Positions 20,373 through 29,170 of a DNA stretch of 34,077 nucleotides are shown here, piece after piece. The notes beneath the pieces are model-generated. The model was not told where the DNA came from and made no database searches. It saw only the letters and a program-made list of their open reading frames with translations. Both the position numbers and the translations under genes were made by a program. The first letter of the stretch is position 1. Each line of letters starts with the position of its first letter. The stretch comes from Pseudomonadota bacterium (GTDB lineage: Bacteria; Pseudomonadota; Alphaproteobacteria; MED-G09): NCBI GenBank assembly GCA_036230365.1, contig JAZAJI010000041.1:1-34077 (forward strand), in the 5' to 3' direction.

Positions 20373-22664
20373 CTAAAATCTATAATTTAACCTCACACCA
20401 AAATTTCTTCCTGGTAAAGGAACTTCATTTTTTACAAAAGAAGAATGATTTCTTGCAACTTCATCAAGAAGATTTTTACCAAATAAGGATAAACTCACTT
20501 TATTTTGATTGTTAAGCTCAAAAGTCTTCCTTAAAGAAAAATCAAGCATTTCATAGGCTTCAGTCATTGTTTCACCTTCGCTAATATCATTTTGCTTTTC
20601 AACATCTTTATAAGTAAGTCTTGCTTCAAAATTTTCTTCTGAATAAGAAACAGTTAAGATATTTCTCGCAGGTACAATTCTTGGAATATTATTTCCGTTT
20701 TTAAATTCTCCTGTAACTGAGTCTCTACCTAAAGATAAAGTAAGATTTCCTCTATCAAAGGCAAAAGCTTGACTTATTTCAAACTCATAACCTTCAAGTT
20801 CGGCATCTTTTTGTAGATAATTTGCAAGGATAAGACCTCCATGATCCTCATGTTCTTCTTCATGTTCCTCATGCTCTTCTTCAGTTTCATCTTTTAGATA
20901 GATATAATTATCTACTTCATTAGTGAAGATATTTGCCCTAAAAGAGAAATTATTATTTCGATAAAAGACATTCAAATCAATATTGTTAGCAGTTTCAGAT
21001 TTAAGGTTTGTATTGCCAACCTCAAATCTACCTGTAGCAAGATGTGCGCCATTCATAAACAATTCTACTGCTGAAGGAGCCCTTTCAACTCTTGCAAGTC
21101 CAAGACTGATAGTTAAATTATCATTGATTTCTCTTGAAAAATTTAATGCAAAACTTGTTTTACTAAAATCTTTATTAAAGTAATCAATTTCCTCTTCATG
21201 TTCATCTTCATCGTGATGCTCATCTTCGTCGTGATGTTCATCTTCGTCGTGATGCCCTTCTTCATGATGAACAACTGACCCCTTTCGAGAAAAGTCATCG
21301 TATCTAATACCAAGATCAATATCAAATAAGCCAAATTCCTTACATATATAGTAACCTATAGACAGCTCTTCATTATCTGTTGGCCTCATAAATGCTTCAG
21401 CACCAAGAATGGAAATTTCTTCTTCAACATAGTGTATAGATAATTTTTGCTCTAAAACATCATTTGAAAAATCAAAAATTGCTCCATATTCTTTAGATTC
21501 ATTTTCAAAATTTGTAGGACCTTCTGCATGACCATGCTCATCATGTTCGTCTTCGTCATGATGTTCTTCTTCATCGTGGTGCCCTTCTTCTTCAGCATGC
21601 TGTTCAGTAAGAGAGTATTCAGAAGATCTGATAAAATAATTAATCTTTTTTACCCAAGAATTATTTACTATATACGCACCTTCAATATCAAAAATATCAG
21701 ATTCAGTGTTTGAAAAAATTCTTTCACCTTCATGCTCACCTTCATCATGATGCTCATCTTCGTCGTGATGTTCTTTTACTCCATGATCTTCATGACCTTC
21801 GTCATGAAAAGGTATGCCGTAAAGGCTTTCAGAGTTTTTATAAGAAATACCAAAATATCCCCATTCTCCGGCTTTTGATATACCAAATCTTTTCGAAGTT
21901 GACTCAAAATCAGAATTTGGAAGATAGCCAAGATTCTCTTCGTGTTCATCTTCATCATGATGAACTTCTTCTTCATGGTGCTCAGCTTCGTCATGATGCT
22001 CATCCTCTTCGTGATGCTCTTCTTCAGAATGTATTACTGCACCATTGGGGATATCAAAATTATCAAATTGAGAGTCTTTAAAAGCTAAGCTTAAGTTAAA
22101 ACCGCCTATATTATTTTGATATGAAAAGCTACCAGTCTCACCATCATTAACGGATTGAGATTCTAAACCGATGTTTAATTTCGTTTCTTTAATATCTTCC
22201 CGGGCAATTGTATTATCAATAATATTGATAATTCCACCAATAGTTCCATTGGAATAAAGAAGGGATGATGGTCCTCTAACTATTTCAATTTGCTGAATAT
22301 CATGTAAATCAACTTCATTAATATGATCAGCGCCCTTAACAGATACATCTCTTATAGATTTTCCATTATTCATTAACTTTACTCGACTGCCAGTCATTCC
22401 TCGAATGATAGGTTGGCCAACAGCTGAACCAAAGTCTGATGACTGTATTCCTAAGTAATTATCTAATGTCTCACCTATACTTTGTGTTGTTTCCAATACT
22501 AAATCTTCTCCACCTATAACTAGAAGAGGATCATCAAGATCACTTAAATTGAGATCAATATAAGATGAAGTTACTATAATCTCAGAAACATCTGAATCAT
22601 CTGCGTATGTTATGTTTATTGATAAAGCACCAAACACAAAAAGTGCTAATGAAAACTTTTTCAT
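20373..22664 (-). CDS. znuD: TonB-dependent receptor, ZnuD-like zinc uptake, with His/Asp/Glu-rich loops
   Basis: Signal peptide, TonB-box-like EIIVTS, plug 'SDFGSAVGQPIIRG...DVS...DH...IEIVRGPSSLLY', 'ELFMNGAHLATGRFEVG', 'RNHSSFVK...PLPGRNF', C-terminal F and five His-rich inserts. Confidence 0.85.
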   Translation of the reverse strand: MKKFSLALFVFGALSINITYADDSDVSEIIVTSSYIDLNLSDLDDPLLVIGGEDLVLETTQSIGETLDNYLGIQSSDFGSAVGQPIIRGMTGSRVKLMNNGKSIRDVSVKGADHINEVDLHDIQQIEIVRGPSSLLYSNGTIGGIINIIDNTIAREDIKETKLNIGLESQSVNDGETGSFSYQNNIGGFNLSLAFKDSQFDNFDIPNGAVIHSEEEHHEEDEHHDEAEHHEEEVHHDEDEHEENLGYLPNSDFESTSKRFGISKAGEWGYFGISYKNSESLYGIPFHDEGHEDHGVKEHHDEDEHHDEGEHEGERIFSNTESDIFDIEGAYIVNNSWVKKINYFIRSSEYSLTEQHAEEEGHHDEEEHHDEDEHDEHGHAEGPTNFENESKEYGAIFDFSNDVLEQKLSIHYVEEEISILGAEAFMRPTDNEELSIGYYICKEFGLFDIDLGIRYDDFSRKGSVVHHEEGHHDEDEHHDEDEHHDEDEHEEEIDYFNKDFSKTSFALNFSREINDNLTISLGLARVERAPSAVELFMNGAHLATGRFEVGNTNLKSETANNIDLNVFYRNNNFSFRANIFTNEVDNYIYLKDETEEEHEEHEEEHEDHGGLILANYLQKDAELEGYEFEISQAFAFDRGNLTLSLGRDSVTGEFKNGNNIPRIVPARNILTVSYSEENFEARLTYKDVEKQNDISEGETMTEAYEMLDFSLRKTFELNNQNKVSLSLFGKNLLDEVARNHSSFVKNEVPLPGRNFGVRLNYRF
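21196..21270 (-). repeat. Imperfect 18-bp tandem repeat encoding (HHDEDE)n
   Basis: Plus-strand units such as tcatcttcgtcgtgatg recur about 3 times. Similar arrays lie near 21525-21600, 21725-21808 and 21935-22030. Confidence 0.85.
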
Positions 22665-22669
22665 TTTAA

Positions 22670-22715
22670 CTCCTTAAAAAATTTAAAAAATGCTTAGAAT
22701 TTTAAATTTTAGGAG
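22670..22715 (-). promoter_or_regulatory. mRNA hairpin sequestering the receptor Shine-Dalgarno
   Basis: Minus strand: CTCCT-AAAATTTAAAA-ttctaagcatt-TTTTAAATTTT-tta-AGGAG-ttaaa-ATG. The anti-SD CUCCU (22711-22715) lies within the Pro-Pro codons of the upstream ORF and pairs with SD AGGAG (22670-22674). Confidence 0.78.
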
Positions 22716-22965
22716 GTGCTCGTGATGAAAAATTTTTGAAATCAAATGAATCGACATTTTCTGTTATTCCAAATGATAAATTTTTGAAGGGAACTAAATT
22801 TTGTGGACTAACATCAGATGTTATGGGCTTAATTAATTCATTGATACAAAATTCACATTCTACTTCACTTTCTAGATTACCGGAATCGTTGTGCTCTAAT
22901 GGATGTAAAGTTAGATTAACTGCTAAAAATAGCCCAAAAAGAAAGAATGCATACTTATTTTTCAT
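22702..22965 (-). CDS. Leader/arrest peptide, CruR/CutF (DUF2946)-like architecture: signal or TM segment, HxxxH, CxxC, C-terminal RAPP
   Basis: 87 aa MKNKYAFFLFGLFLAVNLTLHPLEH...ECEFC...FSSRAPPKI*. It ends 37 nt upstream of the TonB-dependent receptor start. The ORF track extends it to TTG 22983. Confidence 0.85.
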   Translation of the reverse strand: MKNKYAFFLFGLFLAVNLTLHPLEHNDSGNLESEVECEFCINELIKPITSDVSPQNLVPFKNLSFGITENVDSFDFKNFSSRAPPKI

Positions 22966-23013
22966 AACGCTATAAATAAACAAAATTGAATAAGTATCAA
23001 GAATATTAATGCG

Positions 23014-23739
23014 TTAATTTGTAGTTTTATATTTCCAAAAAGATACAGGCATACTTATTAAATAAATTATCCCCATAACATTTATTGCTATCCATAAGAA
23101 ATTAATCAGTGATAAATAAATAAAGAAAAACAGTAATGAGAAATATAAATAATTCTTTCTGCTTATCCTTATTTTAAACTGCTTTGAAGAAAATGTAGGT
23201 AAATTACTGACCAACAACAGACCAACAATAAAAATATAAACACTTAAAAAAATTTCATTTTTTTCGGCCCAATCAAAACCTAAAAAACTTTGAACAAGAG
23301 GTAAAATTAAAAGGCCGCAACCGGCTGGCGTTGGTACACCGCTAAAAAAATCTGAGTCATCTGAATTGCTATCTTTTTTAAGATTAAAAACAGCAAGTCT
23401 TATACATGAAAAAACAACAAACAGAAGCAATGCCAAGGAACCTATCAATTCATTTTTATTGACAAGACTCATATAAATGAGAATGCATGGAGCTACAGCA
23501 AATGATAGAAAATCTGATAAAGAGTCAAGTTCAGCGCCCAATTCCGATTCACTCTTAAGGATTCTCGAAAAAAAACCATCTAATGCATCACATGCAGATG
23601 CTAAAAGAAGGCAAATGACACTTATTTCAAAATTATAATCTAAGGAAAATCTAATTGAACTTAACCCAAAAGATAAGCCGGCTAGGGTAATAAAATTTGG
23701 TATTTGTGATTTAAAATCTATTCTTCTTATTTTTCTCAT
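23014..23739 (-). CDS. pssA: CDP-diacylglycerol--serine O-phosphatidyltransferase
   Basis: IPNFIT, CDP-alcohol phosphotransferase motif DALDG..SR.......GAELDSLSD, RLAVFN, FSGVPTPAG; follows psd. Confidence 0.93.
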   Translation of the reverse strand: MRKIRRIDFKSQIPNFITLAGLSFGLSSIRFSLDYNFEISVICLLLASACDALDGFFSRILKSESELGAELDSLSDFLSFAVAPCILIYMSLVNKNELIGSLALLLFVVFSCIRLAVFNLKKDSNSDDSDFFSGVPTPAGCGLLILPLVQSFLGFDWAEKNEIFLSVYIFIVGLLLVSNLPTFSSKQFKIRISRKNYLYFSLLFFFIYLSLINFLWIAINVMGIIYLISMPVSFWKYKTTN

Positions 23740-23742
23740 AAA

Positions 23743-24384
23743 TTACCTTTCCGCAATTATCGTTTTCCCAGAAAAAACAATATCATTCTGGTTTACTTTG
23801 ATTTGATAATTTAATGGCAAGTATATGTCTACCCTTGAACCAAAGCGTATAAGCCCAATCCTATCTCCTTTATTCATATTATCATTTTCTGAAATAAAAT
23901 TTACTATTCTTCTAGCTATTAATCCCGCAATTTGGACCACGATTATCTTTTCAACATCATTTTTAATGATTATTGAGTTTCTCTCATTATGCTCACTTGC
24001 TTTATTAAGGCTTGCATTGAAGAATTTTCCATTTTTATAAATGATTTTCTCTATACGGCCATTTATAGGGCTTCTATTTACATGCACATTAAAGACATTC
24101 ATGAAAATGCTTACCTTTTTCATTTTTTCATTAATATCAGTTTCTTTTGGGGGATATTCCTCCCCAATAAAACAAATTTTTCCATCTGCAGCACTTAAAA
24201 ACTGATCATCTTGAGACTCTAAAAATCTCTCTGGGTCACGAAAAAACCAAAGAGTAAAAAAAGCAAGAAGAGTAAATATAAAACATAAAATTTTAACAAT
24301 AAAAAAACTGAAAAATGAAATCAAAATAAAGGTACTAAAAAATTTCCAGCCTTCTCGATGTATTCCTAAGTATTTTTTATTCAT
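23743..24384 (-). CDS. psd: Phosphatidylserine decarboxylase proenzyme
   Basis: FFRDPER, SIFMNVFNVHVNRSP, QIAGLIARRI and cleavage site RFGSRVD. Confidence 0.95.
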   Translation of the reverse strand: MNKKYLGIHREGWKFFSTFILISFFSFFIVKILCFIFTLLAFFTLWFFRDPERFLESQDDQFLSAADGKICFIGEEYPPKETDINEKMKKVSIFMNVFNVHVNRSPINGRIEKIIYKNGKFFNASLNKASEHNERNSIIIKNDVEKIIVVQIAGLIARRIVNFISENDNMNKGDRIGLIRFGSRVDIYLPLNYQIKVNQNDIVFSGKTIIAER

Positions 24385-24511
24385 TGGCGAAATTTATATT
24401 TATTATATTCAATAGTAAATATTAATCATTACCATAATCAGGATTGTAGACCTGTTCATTTAGAAAGATAACTTTCTAATTTTCGGCTTATATGTTAAGA
24501 AATTTTTATGG

Positions 24512-24588
24512 GCAGCCGTAGCTCAGTCGGTTAGAGCGCCTGATTGTGGATCAGGAGGTCCCTAGTTCGAATCTAGGCGGCTGTACCA
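24512..24588 (+). tRNA. tRNA-His (GTG)
   Basis: GCAGCCG/CGGCTGT acceptor stem, D arm GCTC..GAGC, anticodon arm CCTGA-TTGTGGA-TCAGG, T arm CCTAG-TTCGAAT-CTAGG, discriminator A and encoded CCA. Confidence 0.97.
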
Positions 24589-25065
24589 GCTTAAAGCGTA
24601 AGATCTAAAGAAATAAAATAAACTTGCAAAAAGCACTGTACTTAGAAGAAGTCTTAAATCAAATGGAATTGCCGCAAGATAAGTTGATAGTAATGTCATT
24701 CCACTAAGACCTGTATACCATACTGAAAAATTAACTATTATGTGCCAAATTCCAACGCCAATTAGACCGCTAAAGATCATATTTTTAAAATCATAATGAG
24801 AAAAAAGTGTTGTGATTAGACTTGTTGTAACAATACATAAATAAACAATAGGCATAGATGAATAAAAACCTAAGAAGGGATCTGTAATTATTACAATTCC
24901 GACCGGCAATACTATTTGAAGAAATTTATTATTCGTCATAAATGGAAGAAATACAGCGCAAGCTAGAATAGGTGTGAAGTTTGCTGGAAGACCAATAAAC
25001 CTGGCAAGAATTAAACAGAGCAACAATAACCAAGAAGATTTAAGTGTTTCAATAAAGTAAGTCAT
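24562..25065 (-). CDS. Small membrane protein, DUF6580-like putative (vitamin) transporter
   Basis: About 6 TM with 'PANFTPI', 'ITDPFLGFY', 'IVNFSVW' and 'YLAAIPF' patterns; size and topology resemble ECF S-components. Confidence 0.7.
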   Translation of the reverse strand: MTYFIETLKSSWLLLLCLILARFIGLPANFTPILACAVFLPFMTNNKFLQIVLPVGIVIITDPFLGFYSSMPIVYLCIVTTSLITTLFSHYDFKNMIFSGLIGVGIWHIIVNFSVWYTGLSGMTLLSTYLAAIPFDLRLLLSTVLFASLFYFFRSYALSWYSRLDSN

Positions 25066-25127
25066 TTTTTCTCTTCAAATTAATAATTTCTTTTATACCA
25101 GTTCAATAATTTCTTCTAGTTTATAAA

Positions 25128-27278
25128 CTAATTTAAACCTCGATCTTCTAGTAGGGCTGCAATATCGGGATCGTCTCCTTTAAATTCACGATAAAGGTGC
25201 ATAGGATCTTCTGTTCCACCTTTTTCAAGAATATATTTTCGATATTTACTTGCTAAGTCCTGGTTAAAGACATCTCCACTTTCTTTGAAAGCCGCAAAAG
25301 CATCAGAATCCAATACTGCTGCCCAGATATAACTATAATATCCTGCTGAATAAGAATGTGTGAATATGTGCTGAAAATATGTTGTCCTGTAACGTGAAAT
25401 TATCTCATCAATCAATCCAATATTTTCTAAAGATTTTTTTTCAAAATCATTTGTATCTTGAAGATCTGTTGTTTTAAGAGTATGCCAGTCCATATCTAAA
25501 TAGGAAGCCGCTAAATATTCTGTATTAGCAAAACCTTGATTAAATTTACTTGCCTTTTGCATCTTGGAAATCAATTCATCACTAATGACTTCACCGGTTT
25601 CATAATGTTTAGCATATGATTTTAATAATTCTGGCTCGCTTGCCCAATGCTCTAATACTTGAGATGGAAATTCAACAAAATCCCTTGAAACAGCTGTACC
25701 AGATAAACTCTTATATTCCGTATTTGTTAACAATCCGTGTAAACCATGTCCAAACTCATGAAAAAGAGTTGTCACATGCTCAAAACTTAAAAGAGATGGT
25801 TTGCTTTTGGATGGTGGTGGAAAATTACAGACATTAACTATTACAGGCCTCTCTTTTCCATCAAAATTTGATTGGTCTTTAAAGGAGCTCATCCATGCTC
25901 CGCCCCTTTTACTTGAACGGGTATAATAATCTCCTATGTATATACCTATATGAGAACCATCCTTATCTTTAACTTCCCAAACTCTTGCGTCCGGATGATA
26001 AAGGTCAATATCAAATTTTTCTTCAAATGTTAGACCAAAAAGTTTATTAGCTGTTTTGAAAATCCCATCAATAGTATTATCAAGAGTGAAATAATTCTTA
26101 ATTTCTTCTTCATCAAGATCATATTTTTCTTTTCTCACTTTTTCTGAATAATGCCACCAATCCCAAGAAGCTATTTTAAAATTCTGCCCTTCTTCTTCGA
26201 CAAGATCTTGCATTTCTTTGAGTTCATTTTTTGCTCTATTTAAGGCTGGGGTCCATAGTTGATTAAGAAGCCCATAAACAGCTTCAGGCGTTTTTGCCAT
26301 TGTATTATCAAGCACATAATGAGCATGTGTATCAAATCCAAGAATGTTAGCTTTTTCAACTCTTAATGAAGCAATTTTTGAAGTGATATCTTTGTTATCA
26401 TACTCATTATTATTATCACCCCTCAATATATAACCGTTGTATAATTTTTCTCTAAGATCTCTTCGTGTTGAATAAGTAAGAAATGGATACATGCTACTTC
26501 TTTGGGGAGTAAATACAAACTTACCCCTATATTTATCATCTTCAGTTTTTTTAAATTTATTTTCTGCTTCTTGTTGGGCTAGATTTATAATGTCATCCGG
26601 TAATCCGGCAAGATCACCTTCTTCTAAAATAATTTCAAAATCATTAGTTTCTGCCAATAGGTTTTGTGAAAATTGAACTGAAAGCTTAGTAACTTCCTGA
26701 TTAATTTCTGCATATCTTTCTTTTTTAGAGCCTTCTAAAAGCGCACCGTTTCTAACAAATCTTTTATAAGATTCCTCAAGGATTTTTTTCTCTTCTTTTG
26801 ATAAATCTAGATTATCAATATCTTCCCACAGTATTTTTACTTTTTGAAAAATATCAGGATTTAAACTAATTGAATCAAAATGCTCATATAATTTTGGTGA
26901 AATTTCTTTTTCAATTTCTTGTATTTTAGGGTTGGTGGTTGAACCAGATAAATTAAAAAATACGGAGCTAACTTTACCTAAAAGAGAACCTGAACGCTCC
27001 ATAGCTATAATTACATTTTCAAAAGATGGTTTGTTACTATTTTCAATTATTGATTTAATTTCAGCATTATGTTCTTCCATACCTTTTATAAAAGCAGGCA
27101 TAAAGTGACTTTCGTTTATTTCTCCAAAAGGAGGAATTTCAAACTTAGTCGTGTAGTCTTTATAAAAAGGGTTTTCCATGGCTTCAATATTAGAGAATCC
27201 TGACATTAGAATATATAAAAAAATAATGAAATTTTTGCATTTAAATTTAGAAATTAGTTCTACTTGGAAATTTTTCAT
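25128..27278 (-). CDS. dcp: M3-family metallopeptidase (peptidyl-dipeptidase Dcp-like)
   Basis: KRGGAWMS, FHEFGHGLH, DFVEFPSQ, YSAGYYSYIWA. Start uncertain (first 30 codons). Confidence 0.92.
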   Translation of the reverse strand: MKNFQVELISKFKCKNFIIFLYILMSGFSNIEAMENPFYKDYTTKFEIPPFGEINESHFMPAFIKGMEEHNAEIKSIIENSNKPSFENVIIAMERSGSLLGKVSSVFFNLSGSTTNPKIQEIEKEISPKLYEHFDSISLNPDIFQKVKILWEDIDNLDLSKEEKKILEESYKRFVRNGALLEGSKKERYAEINQEVTKLSVQFSQNLLAETNDFEIILEEGDLAGLPDDIINLAQQEAENKFKKTEDDKYRGKFVFTPQRSSMYPFLTYSTRRDLREKLYNGYILRGDNNNEYDNKDITSKIASLRVEKANILGFDTHAHYVLDNTMAKTPEAVYGLLNQLWTPALNRAKNELKEMQDLVEEEGQNFKIASWDWWHYSEKVRKEKYDLDEEEIKNYFTLDNTIDGIFKTANKLFGLTFEEKFDIDLYHPDARVWEVKDKDGSHIGIYIGDYYTRSSKRGGAWMSSFKDQSNFDGKERPVIVNVCNFPPPSKSKPSLLSFEHVTTLFHEFGHGLHGLLTNTEYKSLSGTAVSRDFVEFPSQVLEHWASEPELLKSYAKHYETGEVISDELISKMQKASKFNQGFANTEYLAASYLDMDWHTLKTTDLQDTNDFEKKSLENIGLIDEIISRYRTTYFQHIFTHSYSAGYYSYIWAAVLDSDAFAAFKESGDVFNQDLASKYRKYILEKGGTEDPMHLYREFKGDDPDIAALLEDRGLN

Positions 27279-27681
27279 TTTTAATTAATCTATTAGATGA
27301 TGATCCTTTAGCTAAAATATTCCCGTCACCATCCATTAACATCCCTTCAATAAAAGCCATTGATTTTCCTAATTTAATTATTGAAGCAGATGTTGTCAAA
27401 ATTCCTGGGTGAGCAGGTTTAAAAAAGCTTACTTTTAATTCTAAAGTAAGGGGATTAACCGAAAAATTATTTGCCGCCATAGCAGCATGAGCCATAGTTG
27501 TATCTATCCAGCCAGTCACATATCCACCTTGAACTATATTTCCTGAATGACAATGTCTAGTTTCTGCTAAAAACTCAAATTCAGCTTCGGTTTCACTTAA
27601 TTTAATAATTTTTTGAAAACCCATGCCTTGAAATAATTCGGCATTCTTCATCTTTTCTGAGTATTCATCAATATTAATCAT
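27247..27681 (-). CDS. PaaI-family hot-dog thioesterase
   Basis: 'HSGNIVQGGYVTGWIDTTM' and 'TLELKVSFFKPA'. Confidence 0.88.
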   Translation of the reverse strand: MINIDEYSEKMKNAELFQGMGFQKIIKLSETEAEFEFLAETRHCHSGNIVQGGYVTGWIDTTMAHAAMAANNFSVNPLTLELKVSFFKPAHPGILTTSASIIKLGKSMAFIEGMLMDGDGNILAKGSSSNRLIKNEKFPSRTNF

Positions 27682-27684
27682 TTT

Positions 27685-29166
27685 TTAACCAAATTCTGAA
27701 TATGATGGCACCAACTGATCTTCTGGATTGTTACCAACCGCATACAATAACTCTTCTAATTGACTGACTATCACACTTCCTGATTCAGTTCCATGATAAG
27801 TTGAAGCTCCTATGTCAACAACTGAAGATTCTTTATTGCCTAGATGTGTATATTTAGTAAATCTAACTAATACGATATCTTCTTCCGGCCATACATATAT
27901 ATATTGACCGTCTAGACCTAGAGCTGAAAAGAAAGGATATTCTTCTGTTCTAATTAAACCTAATCCAGATCCTGAGATAGTTGATGTCCACCATTGATAA
28001 CCGTAAGATGCTAAGTTATCTAACTCGACTGTAGCTTTGTTTATCCAAGATTCTGAAACTATCTGCTGACCTTCCCATAAACCTTCCTGAGCTATCATAA
28101 GTCCAAATTTGGCAAATTCACGGGGGGTCATATCTAATCCAGCATAAGTTAATGTATTACCAGCTTTATCTGTCCACCATGTTTCATCAATATTTAGTTT
28201 ATCAAATAAACGGCTATCAGCATATTCTTGGAAAGACATACCAGTTGCATTTTCTATTATCCTTCCAAAAAGCATGGAGTCCTCATTAGAATAACTAAAC
28301 GATTCACCAGGCCCTCTTATAACTCCTCTTTCCAAAGAAAATGAGGTCATGTCAGCTTGAAAATAAACACCCAGTCCAGCATGATCCTCCATACCTGATC
28401 TCATACCAAGAAGATTTTCTAGAGTTATATTATCTTGTTCTTTTCCCTGCCATTCCGGTAAATATTTTGTAATAGGATCATTAACGGAATTGATAAATCC
28501 TTCATCTATTGCAATTCCAATTACTGTAGAAGCAAAGCTTTTTGCTACTGACCAACTTGTAGCTAGATCTTTGTTATTGTAACCATCTGTATAATATTCA
28601 GCGATGATTGTATTTCCTTTTATCAATATAGCCGCTTGGGTATTAAAAAAAGGTGTTTTTAGGTAATCCATAAGCTGATCAACTTCTTGAGAGTAAAACC
28701 CAACATCCTCAGGTTTTTTAATCAACCATTCAAAATTTTTTGAACTTGATAAGAATTCTTGATTAGTAACAATAAAATTGGAGTCTCCTGATATTGTACC
28801 ATTATCAGGCAGTTGTTCAATACCGAATGCTTTCGATAAATCCTTAAAAGATATTAATTTTCCTTTTTCACCAGTAGTAGAGTTGCCGCCTACTTCATAA
28901 GTATAATTTTCTGCACTATTAATAATTATGACTGAATTATTGTCTAAGGTTATTTGGAATGCGTTATTGGCAAATTTAGTTTTTTCAATTCCAAAACCTT
29001 CAACAAATTGAATAGTGTTTTCCCCTTTGGTATCAACAATATTGATAGTAACTTTTGAAGATAATCCTTTAGATAATATATAAATATCATCACCTTCTAA
29101 GCCCCTATAAATATCTGAACTACTAGGAACAATTAAATCATTACCTTTACTGTAATTAATAGCCAT
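27685..29166 (-). CDS. Beta-lactamase-related serine hydrolase with an extra ~140-aa N-terminal domain
   Basis: SWSVAKS (SxxK), LLGMRSG, FSYSN, YGYQWW, ALGLDGQ. Confidence 0.88.
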   Translation of the reverse strand: MAINYSKGNDLIVPSSSDIYRGLEGDDIYILSKGLSSKVTINIVDTKGENTIQFVEGFGIEKTKFANNAFQITLDNNSVIIINSAENYTYEVGGNSTTGEKGKLISFKDLSKAFGIEQLPDNGTISGDSNFIVTNQEFLSSSKNFEWLIKKPEDVGFYSQEVDQLMDYLKTPFFNTQAAILIKGNTIIAEYYTDGYNNKDLATSWSVAKSFASTVIGIAIDEGFINSVNDPITKYLPEWQGKEQDNITLENLLGMRSGMEDHAGLGVYFQADMTSFSLERGVIRGPGESFSYSNEDSMLFGRIIENATGMSFQEYADSRLFDKLNIDETWWTDKAGNTLTYAGLDMTPREFAKFGLMIAQEGLWEGQQIVSESWINKATVELDNLASYGYQWWTSTISGSGLGLIRTEEYPFFSALGLDGQYIYVWPEEDIVLVRFTKYTHLGNKESSVVDIGASTYHGTESGSVIVSQLEELLYAVGNNPEDQLVPSYSEFG

Positions 29167-29170
29167 TATG

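Noticed and set aside
21190-22035. CRISPR-like array
   Set aside because: The repeats are in-frame coding units without spacers, and there are no cas genes.
21710-22081. His/Leu/Asp-rich 123-aa ORF on the + strand
   Set aside because: It is the antisense read-out of the receptor's CAT/GAT/GAA repeats, which lack stops in that frame.
22950-23013. Zur box upstream of the uORF/znuD unit
   Set aside because: The only candidate, GTTAT-N5-ATAAG, has the wrong spacing and symmetry for GTTAT-N3-ATAAC.
20373-24588. Functional link between tRNA-His and the His-rich receptor
   Set aside because: They are on opposite strands and separated by psd-pssA; proximity is the only evidence.
25066-25127. Cobalamin riboswitch upstream of the DUF6580-like gene
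   Set aside because: The spacer is only about 60 nt, AT-rich and has no B12-box.
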